IMG/VR virus record: IMGVR_UViG_3300011337_000054
Location: 1 to 28,487 of that record
Strand: one strand, 5' to 3'
DNA from: a virus
Lineage: Duplodnaviria; Caudoviricetes
Length of the DNA: 28,487 nt
Positions within the stretch are counted from its first letter, which is position 1. Each line of letters opens with the position of its first letter. Both the position numbers and the translations under genes were made by a program. The notes under the pieces were generated by a model. The model searched no databases. It was not told the origin of the DNA and saw only the letters and a list, made by a program, of their open reading frames with translations. Positions 24,792 through 28,487 of the stretch are shown here, in pieces.

Positions 24792-26802
24792 CCACGGACA
24801 GGGGAACGGGGACAGAAACCCATCTTTGTCCATTGTGGATGAGGATGGCAAGCTGCTGCTGAAGTGTCACGGTGGCTGCTCCCAGCATGACGTTTGGGCA
24901 GCTGTCAGGGACATGGGGTTGCTGCCACAGCGCAGTGAATGGGTTGAGCCTTTGGTGGTCAGGCCAATCAACGGGCATCACCCAGCACCAGTGCAAGTGC
25001 CAAGGCCACCAGTGCAATTACCACCAGCACCAGTGCAATTGCACTTGACAGACGAGTGGGAATATGTTGATGAGCACGGCGTTGTGCTGTTCGTCAAGCA
25101 GAGATTTAAGACTTCAGACGCCAAGGGCAAGACGTACAAGTTGTTGCGGGTGATGGAGGACGGTTCACGCCAGGCGTCAATGGTGGGTGCCAAGATTGTT
25201 CCTTACCGCCTGAGTGATGTGCTGTACGCCAGCCGCAAGCAGAAACCACTGTTTATCTGCGAGGGTGAGAAGGCTGCTGATGCCTTAGCGTCCATCGGAG
25301 TGTTCACCTCCACTTCGCACACTGGTGCTGGGAGTTGGCCTGCCGCCAACAGTCACTGGTTTGCTGATATGCACATTGTCCTGGTCCCGGACAATGACCA
25401 ACCCGGTTACCGCTATGCCTCTCTGGTGGCATCAGCACTTCTTCCCATTGCCAAGTCAGTCAGACTCTTGGCGCTACCTGTTGGGCATACTGAGGATGCG
25501 TTTGAGTGGGTGGCGGCTGGCGGTGATAAGGCTGCTCTGATGACGCTGTGTAAGGGTCTGCAGCCACTCGCTGATGCCGAGTCCATTGCCTATCAGCCAC
25601 TAGCACCAGCAGAAGACCTAGAGCCAGTGGCTGACGCTGAGGCTTTTGAGCCAGAGCCAGCGTTAGAGCCAGCGTTAGAGTTAGTGCCAGAGGAGAGCAA
25701 GATTAGGATTGAGCCTTGGGATTCAATTGAGGATGAACCTGTGGAGTGGCTGATTCAAGACGTACTCCCGCGTCGAGGTTTCAGCGCACTGTTTGGGCCA
25801 CCAGGTTCATTCAAATCGTTCGTGGCCCTGGACATTGCACATTCCATTGCTACAGGTGCTGATTGGATGGGTAAGCCTGTGGCTACGCCTGGTGCAGTGC
25901 TGTACATCTGTGGCGAGGGTCACGGCGGCATTGGCGCAAGGATTAGAGCCTGCCGTATCCACCACAAGACTGAGCCTGGTGCCAAGGTCTTTGTCATCAG
26001 GCACCAGCTTAACCTTCGCAGTTCTAAGGAGGACATTCAGCAGCTGCACTTGGCTATCAGCAACCTTGTGGAACGGGAGCAGGTACGCTTTGAGCTGGTG
26101 CAGGTGGACACTTTAGCAAGAGCATTTGGCGGTGGCAATGAGAATGATTCTTCGGACATGGGTGCCTTCATTGCCTCGCTTTCAAAGATTCAGCGGCTGT
26201 TGGATTGTGCATTGCAGATTGTCCACCACGTTGGAAAAGATATTACCAAGGGTTTGCGGGGGCATAGTTCTTTGCTTGGTGCGCTGGATACTGAGTTGGA
26301 ACTCCAACGCTTAGATTCAGCGTTGCAAGATAATCATATTGCAGGGTCAGGTAATATTACTATCACCAAACAGAAGGATGGTTCTGATGGTGCAAAGTAT
26401 GGGTTTCGCATGGTTAAAGTTAATCTAGATAATGGTCGGTTGGGGTTTGATAATACCCAGAGTTTGGCGGTTGAGGCAGCGGAAATCGTTGTCAATACTC
26501 AGCAAATAGGCTTGAATCGGACAGGCCAGGGTAAGCACCAGGGCAAGGCAATGAGCGCTTTTGTTGAGGCTTTGAGGGAAACTGACCGCATCCAGACCAC
26601 GAAGTTTGGGTCAAAACGGGTGGCTTTAGTCTCTCTTTGGCGGGAAAAAGTCTGGCGTGGACTTGGAAAGACAGGCGAAATCAAGTCTCAAGATAGCGAT
26701 TTTAAGGCAATCTGGAGGGCAGCAACAGGCTTGGAGGGTGTGACGCTGGATGGTGACTTTGCCTTCTTCACCACCAAAAAGGACGAAAAGGAGCACTTTT
26801 AG
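24706..26802 (+). CDS. DNA primase-helicase (zinc-binding domain + TOPRIM + AAA_25/RepA-type SF4 helicase)
   Basis: CPVLDH...DRNPSLS...KCHGGC; ICEGEKAADAL and PDND; Walker A GPPGSFKS, Walker B VQVDT, ENDSSDM, HHVGK...LRGHSSL. Confidence 0.92.
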   Translation: MDAKLIAAALGRAKPAANGHWLASCPVLDHGQGNGDRNPSLSIVDEDGKLLLKCHGGCSQHDVWAAVRDMGLLPQRSEWVEPLVVRPINGHHPAPVQVPRPPVQLPPAPVQLHLTDEWEYVDEHGVVLFVKQRFKTSDAKGKTYKLLRVMEDGSRQASMVGAKIVPYRLSDVLYASRKQKPLFICEGEKAADALASIGVFTSTSHTGAGSWPAANSHWFADMHIVLVPDNDQPGYRYASLVASALLPIAKSVRLLALPVGHTEDAFEWVAAGGDKAALMTLCKGLQPLADAESIAYQPLAPAEDLEPVADAEAFEPEPALEPALELVPEESKIRIEPWDSIEDEPVEWLIQDVLPRRGFSALFGPPGSFKSFVALDIAHSIATGADWMGKPVATPGAVLYICGEGHGGIGARIRACRIHHKTEPGAKVFVIRHQLNLRSSKEDIQQLHLAISNLVEREQVRFELVQVDTLARAFGGGNENDSSDMGAFIASLSKIQRLLDCALQIVHHVGKDITKGLRGHSSLLGALDTELELQRLDSALQDNHIAGSGNITITKQKDGSDGAKYGFRMVKVNLDNGRLGFDNTQSLAVEAAEIVVNTQQIGLNRTGQGKHQGKAMSAFVEALRETDRIQTTKFGSKRVALVSLWREKVWRGLGKTGEIKSQDSDFKAIWRAATGLEGVTLDGDFAFFTTKKDEKEHF

Positions 26803-26812
26803 GCAAATAATC

Positions 26813-26954
26813 ACAAATGGTACAAATCGTACAAATGGGCAACGATTTGTTCCGCAAAAAAGCAGAACAAATGGGTCAAGGGTATAACACTTGACCATTT
26901 GTGATGTTCGGGTGATCACAAATGGAGCAGTACAAATGGCAGCAGCACAAATGG
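26813..26954. repeat. Array of nine ACAAAT(G/C)G 8-mers (iteron-like; candidate origin)
   Basis: Direct copies at 26813, 26822, 26831, 26867, 26918, 26932 and 26947; inverted copies at 26843 and 26895. Confidence 0.8.
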
Positions 26955-27592
26955 TGGTGGTGGTAAAAGATTCTAGTTTTATGCTTGATGAGTTCAAGGT
27001 CAAGGCTGAGTCTTTGGTGGCCCAGCTCGAACGGGTCAAGCAAAAGCATGATACGAAGTGGGGCATCAAACGCATTGAGATGTTGGTGGATGCTAACTTG
27101 CGGGTGAAGTTGCATCAGCAGCTGGAGAGGGTCTACAACGCCCAGCGGGACAGGGACATCGAGAAGATGGAGAAGGCTGTAGCGGGAATGATTAAGGGCT
27201 ATGGTGTTCTTGACGCCTGGGCTGAAGATAATAATATTGAGGAGAAACCTGATATCAATGCGGTTGAATGGGTGATGCAAGACAAGAGTATTATGGTGGT
27301 GGTGCAAACTCATAACGATGCAATATATTATCAACAGTTTCGGCCCGAGTTAAGCAACAGGCATATTTGGTCGATGGAAGAGTTAGAGTTATTATTAGAA
27401 TCGGAAGTGATGAAAGATATTATCAAAGCGAAGGCATTACTACCAGGTACAAGGATGACCAGGATTGCGGCTGGTGGCATCACAGGCTTTGATGACCTTC
27501 CAGACTGCGACATTGACCTCAGCGGTGAACTGGCAAACCCGTTGTTTAACTTCCAACACGCAAAGATGATGAAGGCTCCAGCAAGCCGCTAA
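26936..27592 (+). CDS. Hypothetical protein
   Basis: Long ORF between primase and terS; GGAG before ATG 26936; start uncertain (26981 possible). Confidence 0.75.
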   Translation: MAAAQMVVVVKDSSFMLDEFKVKAESLVAQLERVKQKHDTKWGIKRIEMLVDANLRVKLHQQLERVYNAQRDRDIEKMEKAVAGMIKGYGVLDAWAEDNNIEEKPDINAVEWVMQDKSIMVVVQTHNDAIYYQQFRPELSNRHIWSMEELELLLESEVMKDIIKAKALLPGTRMTRIAAGGITGFDDLPDCDIDLSGELANPLFNFQHAKMMKAPASR

Positions 27593-27672
27593 AATGGACT
27601 CAGGTGGCGCTGCAAGGGCAATGTGAGCCTTGGGGTGCTTGGTGTAAGTTAAAACGATTGTGGAGCGTTCTG

Positions 27673-28104
27673 ATGCCAGGGAACCCGAAAGTACGACAAG
27701 ACGTTTCGCTATTGGAGGACATTGACAGCGAGATCGTCCTGTCTATGTTTGAGGTTGGCAAGTCCAAGGCCGACATCTGCCGTGAGTTGGGCATCGGAAG
27801 GCGTGGATTGGACAAGTGGATAGACGAAAACGATTATGAGCCTATAATTACGCGCGCGCGGGTGGAGGCGGCAAGTTTCCTCGCAGCTCAGACATTGGAT
27901 ATTGCTGATGCAATTGAAGACGACAACCCGAGCAAGCCGATGCACCGCATCAGGACGCGCCAGTGGCTGGCGGAGCGCTGGGACGCGAAGACGTACGGCG
28001 CAAAGCAGGCAGCGGTCAGCATCAACATCGGCAATTTGCGCCTGGACGCACTGCGCCAGCTTGAGGTGGTCGAGGACTTATCCACAGGCGAAACACCCTC
28101 TTGA
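27673..28104 (+). CDS. terS: Terminase small subunit (Sf6 gp1-like)
   Basis: HTH GKSKADICRELGIGRRGLDKW, then RARVEAA...LDIAD and RIRTRQWLAERW...YG; GGAG RBS. Confidence 0.75.
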   Translation: MPGNPKVRQDVSLLEDIDSEIVLSMFEVGKSKADICRELGIGRRGLDKWIDENDYEPIITRARVEAASFLAAQTLDIADAIEDDNPSKPMHRIRTRQWLAERWDAKTYGAKQAAVSINIGNLRLDALRQLEVVEDLSTGETPS

Positions 28105-28165
28105 TGACAGTGCCCTGTGGATAACTACACCTTTTGACGAAAACGTTTGTATAGGCTGTGGATAA
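28078..28165. promoter_or_regulatory. Three perfect DnaA boxes
   Basis: TTATCCACA at 28078-28086 (+); TGTGGATAA at 28116-28124 and 28157-28165 (-). Confidence 0.75.
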
Positions 28166-28175
28166 GCCATTTGCT

Positions 28176-28203
28176 TGTTAACATAATGGTCGTTGTATTA
28201 GGC
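28176..28203 (-). other. XerCD dif-like recombination site
   Basis: The - strand reads GCCTAATACAA-CGACCA-TTATGTTAACA, an 11-6-11 layout. The right arm matches the XerD arm TTATGTTAAAT at 9/11. Confidence 0.55.
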
Positions 28204-28390
28204 ATTCGGTGCATAACTGCCCTTTTGTACGCTTTTGGTGGCAGCGCAGCCAGGTGCCTGCCGACAGGCGCTCGAGCGCAGTTGCGGGGCTCCTGGCGCT
28301 GCTCCCAGCCGCCAGCCGCGCCGACCCCCCCCCGTCCCGGCGCTTGGCGGGGGGCGACAGTTGCAGAGCCAAACACCTAGCGAATGAACA

Positions 28391-28460
28391 AAACGCCACA
28401 CACCAAACGCCACCCGCCAAACGCCACACACCAAACGCCACCCGCCAAACGCCACCCCCC
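28391..28460 (+). repeat. Five tandem 14-bp units AAACGCCAC(A/C)C(A/G/C)CC
   Basis: Alternating aaacgccacacacc / aaacgccacccgcc twice, then aaacgccacccccc, running into poly-C. Confidence 0.8.
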
Positions 28461-28487
28461 CCACCCCCCCCCCCCCCCCCCCCCCCC

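Noticed and set aside
28391-28460. Possible CRISPR array
   Set aside because: The units are 14-bp head-to-tail repeats with no unique spacers, and there is no cas operon.
28125-28464. ORFs called downstream of terS
   Set aside because: They translate DnaA boxes, GC tracts and tandem repeats into low-complexity peptides, so the region looks non-coding.
28461-28487. Terminal poly-C tract as a biological telomere or G-quadruplex
   Set aside because: A homopolymer at a contig end is most simply a sequencing or assembly artefact (poly-G from two-colour chemistry).
1-28487. Alternative genetic code, tRNA genes, integrase, DNA polymerase
   Set aside because: Genes pack tightly under the standard code and use all three stop codons. 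No tRNA cloverleaf or recombinase/polymerase motif was recognised by eye, although part of the genome is outside the window.

Overview
Most of a small tailed dsDNA phage genome with podovirus-like (P22/BPP-1-type) virion architecture. The host is probably a Gram-negative proteobacterium (inference from the lysis genes, sigma70-like promoters, DnaA boxes and a dif-like site). The + strand carries the late module: scaffold, major capsid protein, a glycosyltransferase, adaptor, tail fibre and chaperone, a multi-membrane lysis cassette with a GIY-YIG homing endonuclease before the endolysin, tail nozzle, ejection/internal proteins and a terminal 692-aa cargo-like protein. A - strand cluster of small early genes (19.6-21.7 kb) follows, then a divergent promoter/operator region and a + strand replication module: Cro-like regulator, RuvC-like resolvase, DUF2800-type nuclease, probable SSB, primase-helicase, an iteron-like array and terminase small subunit. 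No large terminase, portal, integrase, CI repressor or DNA polymerase is visible; terL and portal probably lie just outside the window. The most notable non-coding signals are three perfect DnaA boxes beside a 28-bp XerCD dif-like site after terS, an ACAAATGG repeat array after the primase-helicase, and a relic endolysin N-terminus in front of the homing endonuclease. All family assignments are by-eye motif and synteny recognition, not database searches.
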